Part shown: piece after piece, positions 1 through 9,309 of the stretch
How the letters are laid out: each line of letters begins with the position of its first letter
How positions within the stretch are numbered: position 1 is the first letter of the stretch
IMG/VR virus record: IMGVR_UViG_3300022555_003200
Direction: 5' to 3' (one strand)
Length of the DNA stretch: 64,000 bases
Source: a virus
Taxonomy: Duplodnaviria; Heunggongvirae; Uroviricota; Caudoviricetes
Translations under genes and position numbers: made by a program
Notes under the pieces: generated by a model
Seen by the model: only the letters and a program-made list of their open reading frames with translations
Told to the model about the DNA's origin: nothing
Database searches by the model: none

Positions 1-1869
1 AGATCCAGGGATGATGCCGATAGTGTTTTCTCTGGCTAAAGTCGCTCCCTTCCTGTGAACCATAACGTTCTTTCCAAAATGGCTTTCGACAGTGGCGTAG
101 TTGTGAGCAATGTTTATCATTCCGCTCATGTCGATGCTGCCACCAAGAGTGCTGTTAAACACATTTACAATGCGCTCCATCATTAGCTTGCGGTTAGCCA
201 GCGCAAACTCGACACAGTATTGCATTTCAAGTAGGTACTTCTGACCTTCAGTGCTGTCTATAGGAAGAAATGCCAAGTCAGACTCCTTTGGAACTGACGA
301 AAACCACTTTGCAGTCATTTCCTTAGCGAGGTCATTGTAGTGCTTAGCAACCTTAAAGCCAATGTTCCTACTTCCCGAGTGAATCATGATCCAAATAAAC
401 CCAGTCTGATCCTTCTGTATTTCGATAAAATGGTTCCCACCGCCGAGCGTCCCAATCTGCTTCAAGGCAGACTGGTACTCCTGCTCAACAATACTTGAGT
501 CGACTAGGAAAGCCTGGCGAATTGATCGCGTTTCAGGCATAAGCTGCTCGTTCTGTTTTTCACCGTGGTGACTAAACCCTACCGGTACAACCGTTCTGAT
601 GCCGCCGTGATGCTCCTTCGAGCCTCCAAAGAGCTTCTTAATGACCTCTTTGGTGATCCACTCAGTTGTCCACGGAGTCTTTAGAGCGCACATACCACAG
701 TTTCCTGTTGCAAACACGTTCCCGTTTCTTCTTGCGATAAAAAATCCAGACGGGACTGTAAAGCAATACTTAAACCCGTCTTCACTTTTAGCATACGACA
801 TTTTAGTTTTTGGGTACCCGTTCATTCCTATTTTAGTGCTAGTTGATCTAAATACTCGATAGTCTAATTCACTATCTAGCCCGCTTCTCCCAATATCTGT
901 CCGAAGAACACTCCTAAATCCACACGAGGAGAAGACGTATTGAACAAAATCAGCGTCTTCCCGATTCCGAGTAAAGAATACTTGATCTTTCTCGTTACCG
1001 TCCCAATGTAGCACTTCATCATTTACTACAAGAAGCTGCTCAAAACTAGCATTCCAAAATTGCTTTAGACCTTTCTCAAGAATAGGAGGAGAAAATCGTA
1101 TATGAGTTACACCATCATACTTATTGACACTTTGTATATATTTTATATTAGCATCATTCAGTAGCTTTATTGCACGCTTAACTTTCCTATCTTTTTTGAC
1201 CCTGAGTAGCCCCCGAGTTCTGTCTATGTAGCCGTCGGCACAGAACATTACCATTACTCTTAGCTCGGCGTCTGTAAGACTAACACGTGTTATTAATTCC
1301 GGAGTAAATGTTGTTACAAATCTATGCCTGTATCCTGTTTTTGTGGACAAGTGCTTTTGAAGTATTTCAGAAGCCAAGTCTACTTGATACTTAGAGAAGT
1401 TGGTCTTCCTATCGTTAAGGAATACTAAACATCTGTGATCTTCACTAACCATTTGGTCAATGCCATATTTTGTTTTAAAATGTATAAATTTTTCGCACGG
1501 CACCTTTATGTAGTTCTCAGGCGTAACAAGTCTAGCTGCCCCAGTATCTGGACAGTACTCCATTACTTTTTCATCCTTGTACTCCGAAATTTTCTTCCAT
1601 CCAAAACCAGTAAGAAACTCTGTATCTTTGTCAACACAACCGATATCCACACCAACCGCGTTAGGAATAACCACACGCTCCGCGGCCAACACGCCACCGA
1701 TTGGCATGCCATATCCAGAGTGGCAGTCCGGCATGATCGCGATGTGGTGGAACGCGAATGGGAGCTTCGAGAGGTTGCTGATCTGTGACAGAGCAGACTC
1801 CTCGATCGATCCCTCCGCAGACCATATGAATGCCGGGACTTTCATTTCTTCATTTTTGAACTTGTACAT
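1..1869 (-). CDS. rtcB: RNA-splicing ligase RtcB, 5'-truncated by the window edge and interrupted by an intein. Extein parts are 1639-1869 (N-extein, 77 aa) and 1-699 (C-extein).
   Basis: Minus-strand translation from the ATG at 1869 gives MYKFKNEEMKVPAFIWSAEG...MPDCHSGYGMPIGGVLA...AVGVDIG, then the intein, then CGMCALKTPW... Joining the exteins restores the RtcB active-site motif GVDIGCGM. The ORF runs off the window start. Confidence 0.85.
   Translation of the reverse strand, partial: MYKFKNEEMKVPAFIWSAEGSIEESALSQISNLSKLPFAFHHIAIMPDCHSGYGMPIGGVLAAERVVIPNAVGVDIGCVDKDTEFLTGFGWKKISEYKDEKVMEYCPDTGAARLVTPENYIKVPCEKFIHFKTKYGIDQMVSEDHRCLVFLNDRKTNFSKYQVDLASEILQKHLSTKTGYRHRFVTTFTPELITRVSLTDAELRVMVMFCADGYIDRTRGLLRVKKDRKVKRAIKLLNDANIKYIQSVNKYDGVTHIRFSPPILEKGLKQFWNASFEQLLVVNDEVLHWDGNEKDQVFFTRNREDADFVQYVFSSCGFRSVLRTDIGRSGLDSELDYRVFRSTSTKIGMNGYPKTKMSYAKSEDGFKYCFTVPSGFFIARRNGNVFATGNCGMCALKTPWTTEWITKEVIKKLFGGSKEHHGGIRTVVPVGFSHHGEKQNEQLMPETRSIRQAFLVDSSIVEQEYQSALKQIGTLGGGNHFIEIQKDQTGFIWIMIHSGSRNIGFKVAKHYNDLAKEMTAKWFSSVPKESDLAFLPIDSTEGQKYLLEMQYCVEFALANRKLMMERIVNVFNSTLGGSIDMSGMINIAHNYATVESHFGKNVMVHRKGATLARENTIGIIPGS
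700..1638 (-). mobile_element. Intein of 313 aa inserted in RtcB exactly at the catalytic metal-binding Cys, which serves as the +1 residue. It carries a LAGLIDADG-type homing endonuclease-like core.
   Basis: It begins CVDKDTEFLT, an intein block A-like ChxxDTxh pattern. It ends ...NVFATGN and is immediately followed by CGM. It is AT-rich relative to the flanks. A LAGLIDADG-like motif LRVMVMFCADGYIDR is present. Confidence 0.7.
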
Positions 1870-2449
1870 ATGGATTTATTCTCTCTTTTTTGCGGCATTT
1901 TGAGTTATAGAAATCAAGATTATTGTAGATATTTCCTACCAGCGTGCACGGCGTGAACTCATATTTACCAAATTTTAAACCTCTTCTGGAATCTATCCCG
2001 TCGGCGTACTCATATGATGTCACTACATAAAGCCCCTCGTCACGCGTGCTTGGGTAGCACTGTAAAATGTCTCCTTCATATATTTGTAGTTTCTGATCCC
2101 GAAATTTACCATCAATTACTCCAGCGGCTATATTTTTTGTGTCATGAGACAGTCCCTCAAAACTCCAGTCAAACAAACCTGGTAGCTCACCTCTTCTCGG
2201 GTGGCAGCGCCGATACATCCATTTAATTGTGCCATCCGGCTGCTGAATTGCTGCTTCGTATCCAACGATTCTATGATTGCTTACAAGCCTATGCAAATAC
2301 AGATCAGCCATTTTGTGCCTTCTTATTGCAGTAGACGTTCGTTCCCGCAAGTACGCTTTTGAGCATTTCGATCTGCTCCTCCAGCCGTTGTTTAGACCAG
2401 TCTTTATAGCTATACCCACAGCAACATGGTGTTTCCCAACAGTGTGCAC
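1850..2449 (-). CDS. Hypothetical phage protein, possibly YopX-like, with an IYEGDIL motif. An alternative start at 2311 gives MADLY...
   Basis: ORF of 199 aa. It has no recognisable catalytic motifs. It is ambiguous which start is used. Confidence 0.4.
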   Translation of the reverse strand: MHTVGKHHVAVGIAIKTGLNNGWRSRSKCSKAYLRERTSTAIRRHKMADLYLHRLVSNHRIVGYEAAIQQPDGTIKWMYRRCHPRRGELPGLFDWSFEGLSHDTKNIAAGVIDGKFRDQKLQIYEGDILQCYPSTRDEGLYVVTSYEYADGIDSRRGLKFGKYEFTPCTLVGNIYNNLDFYNSKCRKKERINPYVQVQK

Positions 2450-2461
2450 AGTCAGATAGGC

Positions 2462-3190
2462 TCATGTTTTGAACTCGTTTTTGATGTTAAACTTCCTGAG
2501 ATTTCTCTTAAACTCGTTAAGAGCTTTCGGCAGGTAGTGGTTGTTCTGAATGCTCTCGTATAGTCCAGCGTCTCCGGACAGGATCCTATCGCACAGCTCA
2601 CGGACTTTAAGGCTTATGTACGTCTTAGGGTTGTTGCCAACAGTACGATCGAGCGTAAGAAGCACTCTGTGCATTAAGGCCTGCTGCCTGGCCATAATAA
2701 GATCATGCATCGCGTGGTTGACGATCCACTGTATGTCCGATTCAGTAATTGCTGCAATAGCCGCCGTCTCCTCTGGACCAAACTTGGTAGGATCTATGAT
2801 AGCGACCTTTCGGTCACTCTTGTTCGGCGTTGCGGACGGCCTAAAGAGAATGTGCATGGACTTGAGCTCGAAATTCGCCTTGTATGCGAATATCTTGTTA
2901 ATGTTTTTGTACACAGTGCTCTTTAAAGATGTCTGCTCGTATACCACCTTACCTTTAAGCAGTGCTCTGTACTGTATGAGCCAGTGCACAGTCTCTTTGA
3001 TGGGAACACACAGAAAGATAACATCGGAACGCTTAATCCGGTCTGTCACCTCGTCGTGGCTTTCGTTCTTGTCTACACAATAGATATCTAATGCCTTAGG
3101 CATGTGCCTTAGAAGCCCTTGCAGTATGAACGACCCTATCTCGCCCTTGTAGCCGACTACTAGTGGCGCCCTGAATGGAAAGTTCTCCAT
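2462..3190 (-). CDS. NAD(P)-binding Rossmann-fold dehydrogenase, similar to prephenate/arogenate dehydrogenase (TyrA).
   Basis: N-terminal VVGYKGEIGSFILQGL matches GxGxxG. It is followed by ...DVIFLCVP...TSLK, the arrangement typical of the TyrA NAD-binding domain. Confidence 0.4.
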   Translation of the reverse strand: MENFPFRAPLVVGYKGEIGSFILQGLLRHMPKALDIYCVDKNESHDEVTDRIKRSDVIFLCVPIKETVHWLIQYRALLKGKVVYEQTSLKSTVYKNINKIFAYKANFELKSMHILFRPSATPNKSDRKVAIIDPTKFGPEETAAIAAITESDIQWIVNHAMHDLIMARQQALMHRVLLTLDRTVGNNPKTYISLKVRELCDRILSGDAGLYESIQNNHYLPKALNEFKRNLRKFNIKNEFKT

Positions 3191-3193
3191 GAA

Positions 3194-3664
3194 TTAAACC
3201 GCCTTCCCACGCCTCTCAGCGAGTGAGTACCCGTCTTCATCAGTAAGGTTGAGAATACTGTGACCGGACTTGCGGCGAAGCTGCTGCAGGATGTCGGCCG
3301 CAACAGATCCAGGCAAGTGCCCGTTGAGCTCCTGTAAATATACAAACGCGAACACATTTTTGGCGTTGTCGTACCCGAGCCGTCCGCTTATCCAGCCGGC
3401 ACGATTCGCTAATACTTTATTGGGTATTCTTGCCGCGTATAGCTCTGGAACTGAGTCTCTAAACTCAGAGTCAAGATGGGTCTCCGCGTCCTTGGAGTAG
3501 ACCATTCTCTTTGACGGCAAGTGGTACCACCAAACTCCGAGGTGCTCTGGCTCTCCAGGAAGTGCCGAGTGAGTTGCAACAATGGCATTCGGAAACACAA
3601 TCTGGCCTCCGCGTGCCTCGAGAACATTCGTAAGCTTCAACAGATGACTAATTAACTCGTCCAT
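3194..3664 (-). CDS. Hypothetical protein.
   Basis: ORF of 156 aa with good coding appearance and no recognisable motif. Confidence 0.4.
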   Translation of the reverse strand: MDELISHLLKLTNVLEARGGQIVFPNAIVATHSALPGEPEHLGVWWYHLPSKRMVYSKDAETHLDSEFRDSVPELYAARIPNKVLANRAGWISGRLGYDNAKNVFAFVYLQELNGHLPGSVAADILQQLRRKSGHSILNLTDEDGYSLAERRGKAV

Positions 3665-4068
3665 GTAATTTCTCCTTTGTATGAACTGCTGTGACTACAC
3701 ATAACTCTATCATTACGACTTATTATTGTCAATAACTATTTTTGTACTTTAGAGTGCTTCTTGTCGTACAGAACTTCACATATTCCAAGGGCAAATCTCT
3801 TGTTCTTGCTTACTGAAAGAACCATGTCGGCCATACAGCAAAAGCACGTTCCGGCAACTGGCTTAGTTGTTGATGTATTCTTCGCTTTTTTGTGCACCAT
3901 ATGTACCTCCTTTTCTAAACTTCGGTTCTAGATACTCAATTACGTACTTAGCGTAGTCATGCAGAACTTCGCGGCCCTCAAACACAAAAACGTCACCTTT
4001 CTGTGTAGCCGCGTACAGCTGCTTGAACTTTTTAAAGTTCTCTGTTGTAAATACTATGTTTGGACTCG

Positions 4069-4389
4069 TCATGCTACTTTCGTCGTTCTCTTCGCGTATT
4101 TCTTTCTCGTACCCGCGTCTTCTATCGGGTTCTTCGGGACATACCGAAACCCGCAATCAGTCTTGTTACACTTTCCGCAGTGAGATGTGTTCCCGGGACA
4201 TGATGGCCCATGGATGAACACGCCAAGCTGCTTTTGAATGGATGTTTCGAGCTTAACGAGCCTGCTCTCCTCTTTCTGGTGCTTCTTGCGCTGAATGTTA
4301 CTGACAGAGCTCATAAGGCGCTCAAAGTTTGTCCGGTACTGCTGCTTAACACGATCAAGATCTTCAAAAGTGTACTCCACTCTGCCCAT
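4069..4389 (-). CDS. Hypothetical small protein with a Cys cluster (CPGNTSHCGKCNKTDC).
   Basis: ORF of 106 aa. It overlaps the alternative ORF 3863-4156 in another frame, so only one of the two is probably real. Confidence 0.3.
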   Translation of the reverse strand: MGRVEYTFEDLDRVKQQYRTNFERLMSSVSNIQRKKHQKEESRLVKLETSIQKQLGVFIHGPSCPGNTSHCGKCNKTDCGFRYVPKNPIEDAGTRKKYAKRTTKVA

Positions 4390-4398
4390 TTATTTCTC

Positions 4399-4617
4399 CT
4401 ACCATTTTATACGTGTAAGTTCTGTGCACCGTTCATACAGCTGCTGCAAAAACACTCCTTCGTCTTTCGAAAGACTGCGGCACGAAACTACTTTAGCTCG
4501 AACTCGCTCGAGCCTGAGTGCCGCGTCAACTTGGATCCTCTTTGCCCCTCTCGATACCCTATCATCCACTTCTTTAAGCATGAACCTGGCTGAAGCGTTA
4601 TCAATCGGATTAGCCAT
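4399..4617 (-). CDS. Hypothetical small protein.
   Basis: ORF of 72 aa. Confidence 0.3.
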   Translation of the reverse strand: MANPIDNASARFMLKEVDDRVSRGAKRIQVDAALRLERVRAKVVSCRSLSKDEGVFLQQLYERCTELTRIKW

Positions 4618-4802
4618 AATCGGTTATAACTTCCCGTCCTTCATCCACTTCGGCGTATACTCAATGTCATATTTCGACAATACCTCCTTAGCCGCTGCGA
4701 CCTCCTTGGTGCGCATTTGCCAATTCCTCTTTCCACGCCGTCCGCGCAGGTTAAATTTCGCCTTGTGTACTTCCTGCTTTTGCTCTGCTGTAAGATGCAT
4801 TG

Positions 4803-5312
4803 CTATCTCCTGTTTTGTACTAGGTTAAAGTTGTCAGGCCTTTTGGCCATTTCTTCTCGTACTCGCTCCAAAGACACCGGCGTAAACTCCCAGGAATCAA
4901 CTCCGATATCAAAGCTCTTTCCCTGCCCCTCCAGGTGGCCGTGGCTGTGGCCAAACAAATGGCAGGTATTGTAGTGAGACCGCGGCCACACCCGCATTGC
5001 ATAATGGCAGAGTGTGAACTCCTCAAACTCTAAAATGCGACCTATTTCAGCGAACCTGCTTTTGTAATCCCAGATCTGCTTGTCATGGCTTCCTACAACC
5101 ATGTGAATCTTTCCGTTTAGCCGGTCCAGGATCTTGCCGGCATCACCAAAGCAGAAGTCCCCTAAGTGGTACACACTGTCCGTAGGCCGCACCACACCAT
5201 TCCAGTTAGCGATCATGGCCTCGTTCATCTCCGTAACGTCACTAAAAGGCCTGTCACAGTACTTAATAACGTTCTTGTGGTTGAAGTGGTGATCAGACGT
5301 GAAGAATATCAT
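4803..5312 (-). CDS. Calcineurin-like metallophosphoesterase.
   Basis: Motifs SDHHFNH, HLGDFCFGD, VVGSHDK and GHSHGH. The start at MIFFTSDHH (5312) abuts the upstream gene stop. Confidence 0.7.
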   Translation of the reverse strand: MIFFTSDHHFNHKNVIKYCDRPFSDVTEMNEAMIANWNGVVRPTDSVYHLGDFCFGDAGKILDRLNGKIHMVVGSHDKQIWDYKSRFAEIGRILEFEEFTLCHYAMRVWPRSHYNTCHLFGHSHGHLEGQGKSFDIGVDSWEFTPVSLERVREEMAKRPDNFNLVQNRR

Positions 5313-5313
5313 T

Positions 5314-5850
5314 CTAAGCAGTTCCTTCTTTCCGCAGCAGCGCTTCCTTAGGAAGCAAGCTGACAGAGGAATTGAATAGGCTGTGGACACACTGGCGGGT
5401 CACTCCAAAGAGCCTCGCGATGCTGTCCCACGTGTACCCGCGATTCCTGAGGAATATAACCTCTAAGCGGTTGCACTTGGCACGAGTTTTGGTGTGCTGT
5501 TTATACCTTTTTGCAGCGAACTTAAACCTTGCTTTCACTGAATTGGCGCATCCATAGTTAATGCCCAGTCTTTCCGCGTTCTCGCTAATGGACTTGGTCT
5601 CATCCCAAAGCCTTTGGTAGTTCTTTGCCACCTTCACATTCGTGTACTTAGGAAGCTTATACCTGAGTACAAGATCGCGCAGTGACTTATACTGCTTAAC
5701 CCCAAGAATCCTCATGTTCTCCTGGAATGTAAGATCTGGATTGTAAAGACACAGCTGACGAATAACGCCCTTCTGCTTCTCACTACCCTGGTACATGGCC
5801 GAACTAGGGCCATACTTCCTCATTAACTTCCGAGCTTCCTGTACTAGCAT
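5314..5850 (-). CDS. Hypothetical protein with a C-terminal HTH resembling sigma-70 region 4. It is a putative transcription regulator.
   Basis: C-terminal RGYTWDSIARLFGVTRQCVHSL. An internal Met start was chosen to avoid overlap with the upstream gene. Confidence 0.4.
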   Translation of the reverse strand: MLVQEARKLMRKYGPSSAMYQGSEKQKGVIRQLCLYNPDLTFQENMRILGVKQYKSLRDLVLRYKLPKYTNVKVAKNYQRLWDETKSISENAERLGINYGCANSVKARFKFAAKRYKQHTKTRAKCNRLEVIFLRNRGYTWDSIARLFGVTRQCVHSLFNSSVSLLPKEALLRKEGTA

Positions 5851-5860
5851 CTGTTTCTCC

Positions 5861-6442
5861 TTAGCTGATCTCAAATCCGCCACTGGCCGCACAGAACCAA
5901 GCGAACTCTTGAACGTTTTCTTCATTGAATGGGTAACTCTTATCTTCGTCGTCGGTAAATCCTGTACCGCTGCATGAGTTGCATCCGTCCTTAACTTCCA
6001 TGTCGTTCCGTTTGCCAGTCCCCTTGCACAGCCAACATTTCTTCTTCGGAAGGCTTTCTAAGTGTTTTTTGTACGCGTCAGCGTACTTTTTCACTTCACC
6101 TGAGTCAATGAGGCTCTGGAGACGGTCTGAGAGCTTACTGGCCTTGCTAGAGACGATTAGATGCCCGTCATTGTAGCTACCGCGCTCCATGTCACGATCG
6201 CTTAGGATGTCGCCGCATGTGGTGCACACGTACTTCCAAAGAGGCCGCCACCACCACACGTTGTTCCTGAAGTAGGACCCCTTAGTGTCCTGCTGCCACT
6301 TGAAATACGCGTCAGTGCTCTCCTTGTCTTTGAAGTCGAATGTCGGTTTCTCTTTTCCAGGAAGTACTCCGTATAGATCAAATCCCATTTTGTGTTCCTC
6401 CAGAGTTAGGCGTGTTTCAAGATAGTAGCGGGCTTCTTGCAA
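5861..6442 (-). CDS. Hypothetical protein carrying CxxC pairs.
   Basis: ORF of 193 aa containing CTTCG, CWLCKGTG and CNSCSGTG. Confidence 0.4.
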   Translation of the reverse strand: MQEARYYLETRLTLEEHKMGFDLYGVLPGKEKPTFDFKDKESTDAYFKWQQDTKGSYFRNNVWWWRPLWKYVCTTCGDILSDRDMERGSYNDGHLIVSSKASKLSDRLQSLIDSGEVKKYADAYKKHLESLPKKKCWLCKGTGKRNDMEVKDGCNSCSGTGFTDDEDKSYPFNEENVQEFAWFCAASGGFEIS

Positions 6443-6824
6443 ACCATGCTACGCCGCCAAGTATTCCATATGTCTCACGTATACCGTTCCAGATCTCCTG
6501 TAGCTCTTTCATACTCCTTGGCCAGCCCCAGTAAGACACAATATGAACGTTTCCGCGCTTGGTCCACCTAGCGTCGTGTATTTCAAGGCTTAGTGATCTT
6601 TTTCCTGGTAACTCAGACTGCCTGTATAAGTTCATTACAATTGTTCCGTACCGGACAGGAAGATAGATCCAGGTGGCTGAGTAGTCGAGCTTACCACCAA
6701 GCTTGGTGAAGAACCGGATAACCGTACTCTCACTCAACCACCTGGATTTTCCCATTTTATCGCATTCTCTTGTTGAAGTAACCGCCGGTTTCGCTTCCAT
6801 GCAACCACTTCTCAACGTACACAT
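6417..6824 (-). CDS. Hypothetical protein.
   Basis: ORF of 135 aa. Confidence 0.3.
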   Translation of the reverse strand: MCTLRSGCMEAKPAVTSTRECDKMGKSRWLSESTVIRFFTKLGGKLDYSATWIYLPVRYGTIVMNLYRQSELPGKRSLSLEIHDARWTKRGNVHIVSYWGWPRSMKELQEIWNGIRETYGILGGVAWFARSPLLS

Positions 6825-7014
6825 CTGGATGATCCGGCCTACGCGGGATCACCTGCCGTATAAACATGTGATTCCTGAGGATCAGTGTAACCGTATCAGG
6901 AACGCCCCTCTCTCCGGCTGTCTCACGGATCTTGCCGTACCTGCATTGACAACAAAACTCTGCATTCACCCCGTGCCTACACCGCTCTATGCCAAGCTCA
7001 AGAACGTTGTTCAT
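6757..7014 (-). CDS. Hypothetical small protein.
   Basis: ORF of 85 aa in a leftward gene run. It overlaps the end of 6417-6824 in a different frame. Confidence 0.25.
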   Translation of the reverse strand: MNNVLELGIERCRHGVNAEFCCQCRYGKIRETAGERGVPDTVTLILRNHMFIRQVIPRRPDHPDVYVEKWLHGSETGGYFNKRMR

Positions 7015-7026
7015 TGCCGCTGTCTC

Positions 7027-7212
7027 CTAGTTTATGTTCGTTACGTTGACAATTGACGCGTTGACACGCCACTTATGGCCAGCGCACTTTGACTCGATCT
7101 TCTCGAGAAACTCCACAAGCTTTACTTCGATCGCGTGTATTCCATCCGGAGAAGTCTGCCGGCCGCGCTCGTTGAAAAACTTCTTAACTTTCGGTTTGCT
7201 GATGTACGACAT
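7027..7212 (-). CDS. Hypothetical small protein.
   Basis: ORF of 61 aa. Confidence 0.3.
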   Translation of the reverse strand: MSYISKPKVKKFFNERGRQTSPDGIHAIEVKLVEFLEKIESKCAGHKWRVNASIVNVTNIN

Positions 7213-7433
7213 TAGAACTCCTTCTGCTTGAACAAAGCTATATGTTTACAAGCGGTTTGTCTGAACAAGAAGCTTGGGCAGGAGCACACATACTTGTAAT
7301 TCTTCGTCCCATGCACCCGGATTTTAGCCACATCGTAAGACTTTGTCGGATCGGTTTCAGAAGGTACTTTGGTGTACTTTCTCGCTCCGAAACGGTTCAC
7401 ATTCTTGCTGCGCTTAACAACATTGATCTTCAT
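7212..7433 (-). CDS. SWIM-type zinc-finger small protein.
   Basis: CSCPSFLFRQTACKHI fits the SWIM pattern CxCx(n)CxH. It lies directly downstream of a copy of the conserved promoter motif. Confidence 0.45.
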   Translation of the reverse strand: MKINVVKRSKNVNRFGARKYTKVPSETDPTKSYDVAKIRVHGTKNYKYVCSCPSFLFRQTACKHIALFKQKEF

Positions 7434-7449
7434 ACTTCCCCTCGCATTC

Positions 7450-7489
7450 TATATTACGGCTGTTTACGGAAAAAATTATGATATTTTTT
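7450..7489 (-). promoter_or_regulatory. Copy A of the conserved 40-nt phage promoter-like motif, on the minus strand, driving 7433-7212.
   Basis: Reverse complement reads AAAAAATATCATAATTTTTTCCGTAAACAGCCGTAATATA. It is nearly identical to four plus-strand copies. Confidence 0.6.
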
Positions 7490-7503
7490 GAACTATTTTG
7501 ATA

Positions 7504-7553
7504 GGCCAAATCGTCTGCGGGGCACCCCCCGATACCCCGCAGACGATTTGGCC
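7504..7553. terminator. Perfect 19-bp GC-rich hairpin with a 12-nt loop. It is the probable transcription terminator or 3' stabilising structure for the DUF932 gene.
   Basis: GGCCAAATCGTCTGCGGGG, then CACCCCCCGATA, then CCCCGCAGACGATTTGGCC. It sits immediately 3' of the stop at 7560 on the minus strand. It has no canonical U-tract. Confidence 0.5.
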
Positions 7554-7559
7554 TAACTA

Positions 7560-8735
7560 TTAAAACACCATTTCCAGGACCTTGCCGGCAGCCCTGTCGA
7601 TCTTGATCCTTTCGTCAGTGTAAGTGCACTCCTGAGAGAGCTCAGTGAGGCCATTGGCGATCGCCCACGCTGACCGAGGAGAGCCGTAGCGCTCTTCTTT
7701 GACGGCCACATCGTAGGCATCGGCAATGATCTTCTGAGAGAGTGGGGCCTTGGCCTTCACGGCAAACGCGATAACAGCCTCAACAACCGCTTCCTTGCTG
7801 GCACCAGGTCCGGCGAACTCAAAAGCACGTGCCTTGCGGATCTGTGCCTCAAGATCAGATACCGAAGAGTTGGCGTAGCTGATCAACTCAGCGCGAATGC
7901 TCGAAAACGCCTTGGTGTCGGCATTGCCGATGTGGCGGATGCGGACCTCTTCGACGTTTTTGGCACCCCAAACAATGTGGTTCCCGCACACCGCGTCGTA
8001 CAGGAACGACATGACACCTACGCTGGCAGCACCAACCTCAGAGTTCCAGAGGAAGAACCCGCGCCCGAGGCCGTGACCGGTACCATCGTTTACCGGATTA
8101 GTCTCGTTAACCATGAACACGAACATGTCGTGATCGGAGGCGTAGAGTCCGGCCGGTGCGATCGTGTCACCTTCATTGATGGACAAGCCACCCTTCTGCA
8201 GACGGAGAACGTCTGCGCTTGTTGCGATACGGGTACGTTCGTTCTTAACACCGGCAGGACGTGCCGGCGGAACCTGCCACCCCATCGGAACATACCTCTG
8301 GAGGCTGCTGATAATGTCCGCGTTCCAAACGCGCTTGTACTTGAGCGAAGTTGCTGCACGAAGAACCAAGCTGCCATTTTTATGGAACATAAGCTTGGCG
8401 TAGTTTTCTTCCTCATCAATTGGCTTGGTAAAGCCATGGTTAAGGTTTTGGACTGCGAGGGTTGATGGGAGTGTGCGGAGATAGCTTGCAGGAGCGTTAA
8501 CCTTCTGACAGACCTGGCCGAACGCCCAGTTCGTAAGCTTGGCTGGTATACGAGCTTTTCCGGAAACAAAGATCTCGCTGCCGTCTGCTTCAAACCGTAG
8601 GTCTGAATACTTCACTTGCACTTCTTGCGCGGACTGCTTGTACCCTTCACACGCTTGCTGCATTTCGTTGAGGTCCCAGAAACGTTCATCTGACGGACGT
8701 GTTGCCCACTGATTTGACGCTTTGAAGAGCTCCAT
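7560..8735 (-). CDS. DUF932 / TIGR03299-like phage/plasmid protein.
   Basis: Segments LVLRAATSLKYKRVWNADIIS..., GLYASDHDMFVFMVNETNP and GFFLWNSEVGAASVG are characteristic of the DUF932 family. Confidence 0.55.
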   Translation of the reverse strand: MELFKASNQWATRPSDERFWDLNEMQQACEGYKQSAQEVQVKYSDLRFEADGSEIFVSGKARIPAKLTNWAFGQVCQKVNAPASYLRTLPSTLAVQNLNHGFTKPIDEEENYAKLMFHKNGSLVLRAATSLKYKRVWNADIISSLQRYVPMGWQVPPARPAGVKNERTRIATSADVLRLQKGGLSINEGDTIAPAGLYASDHDMFVFMVNETNPVNDGTGHGLGRGFFLWNSEVGAASVGVMSFLYDAVCGNHIVWGAKNVEEVRIRHIGNADTKAFSSIRAELISYANSSVSDLEAQIRKARAFEFAGPGASKEAVVEAVIAFAVKAKAPLSQKIIADAYDVAVKEERYGSPRSAWAIANGLTELSQECTYTDERIKIDRAAGKVLEMVF

Positions 8736-8946
8736 TGTGTTTCTCCTTTTGGCTACTGTGGGGATTACCCCTACCGTGCCGCTGTACTGCTTTGCCCGGT
8801 CAACCTTGACCGTGAGAGGATACTAGCATGGTAAGCCCTTACTGTCAACATATATCGTTAATTATTTCGTATCTGTATCTTGTTGATACATAACGAGTTA
8901 CAATTACTACAAAAAATAGTTAAAAATATATTCAAATAAAAATAAG

Positions 8947-8984
8947 AAATATCATAATTTTTTCTTGAAACAGCCGTAATATAG
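8947..8984 (+). promoter_or_regulatory. Copy B of the conserved promoter-like motif.
   Basis: AAATATCATAATTTTTTCTTGAAACAGCCGTAATATAG, ending 13 nt before the ATG at 8998. Confidence 0.6.
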
Positions 8985-8985
8985 G

Positions 8986-9300
8986 ATGAGGGCACACATG
9001 AAAGACGACACCGGATTCAGTTTCAAAGATTTTACAACGCTCGAGAAGATGTTTCCAAACGGCTTCCTTATAATGCACGCGAACTCGGATGGAATGGTGC
9101 AGTATGCAAGATTTAATCCACGAAGAATTGAGTGCATTGAACTTTGGGAAAAGTGGATCGTAGAATTTGCCGAAGCACATGGTCCAAACTTCTGGAAAGG
9201 GTTTATCAACAAAGACGAAATCCCTGACTTCTTCCCAGATGAGTGGAACAACACAAGTGGCGGACTCGAAGATGTTGATCTACCACCAAACAATGATTAG
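8986..9300 (+). CDS. Hypothetical early protein.
   Basis: ORF of 104 aa. The real start is likely the ATG at 8998 after GGATGAGGG. Confidence 0.4.
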   Translation: MRAHMKDDTGFSFKDFTTLEKMFPNGFLIMHANSDGMVQYARFNPRRIECIELWEKWIVEFAEAHGPNFWKGFINKDEIPDFFPDEWNNTSGGLEDVDLPPNND

Positions 9301-9309
9301 GAGAACACA

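Noticed and set aside
641-1903. Plus-strand ORFs 641-862, 1435-1788 and 1577-1903.
   Set aside because: They lie antisense to the continuous RtcB-intein reading frame, which has clear RtcB and intein motifs.
3863-4156. ORF 3863-4156(-) as a separate gene.
   Set aside because: It overlaps 4069-4389(-) by 88 nt in another frame, so only one is likely real. I kept the longer upstream ORF as the weak call.
7560-8735. Major capsid protein call for the 391-aa leftward gene followed by a strong hairpin.
   Set aside because: Its internal motifs match the DUF932/TIGR03299 family rather than any capsid fold. It is also isolated from the terminase and structural region.
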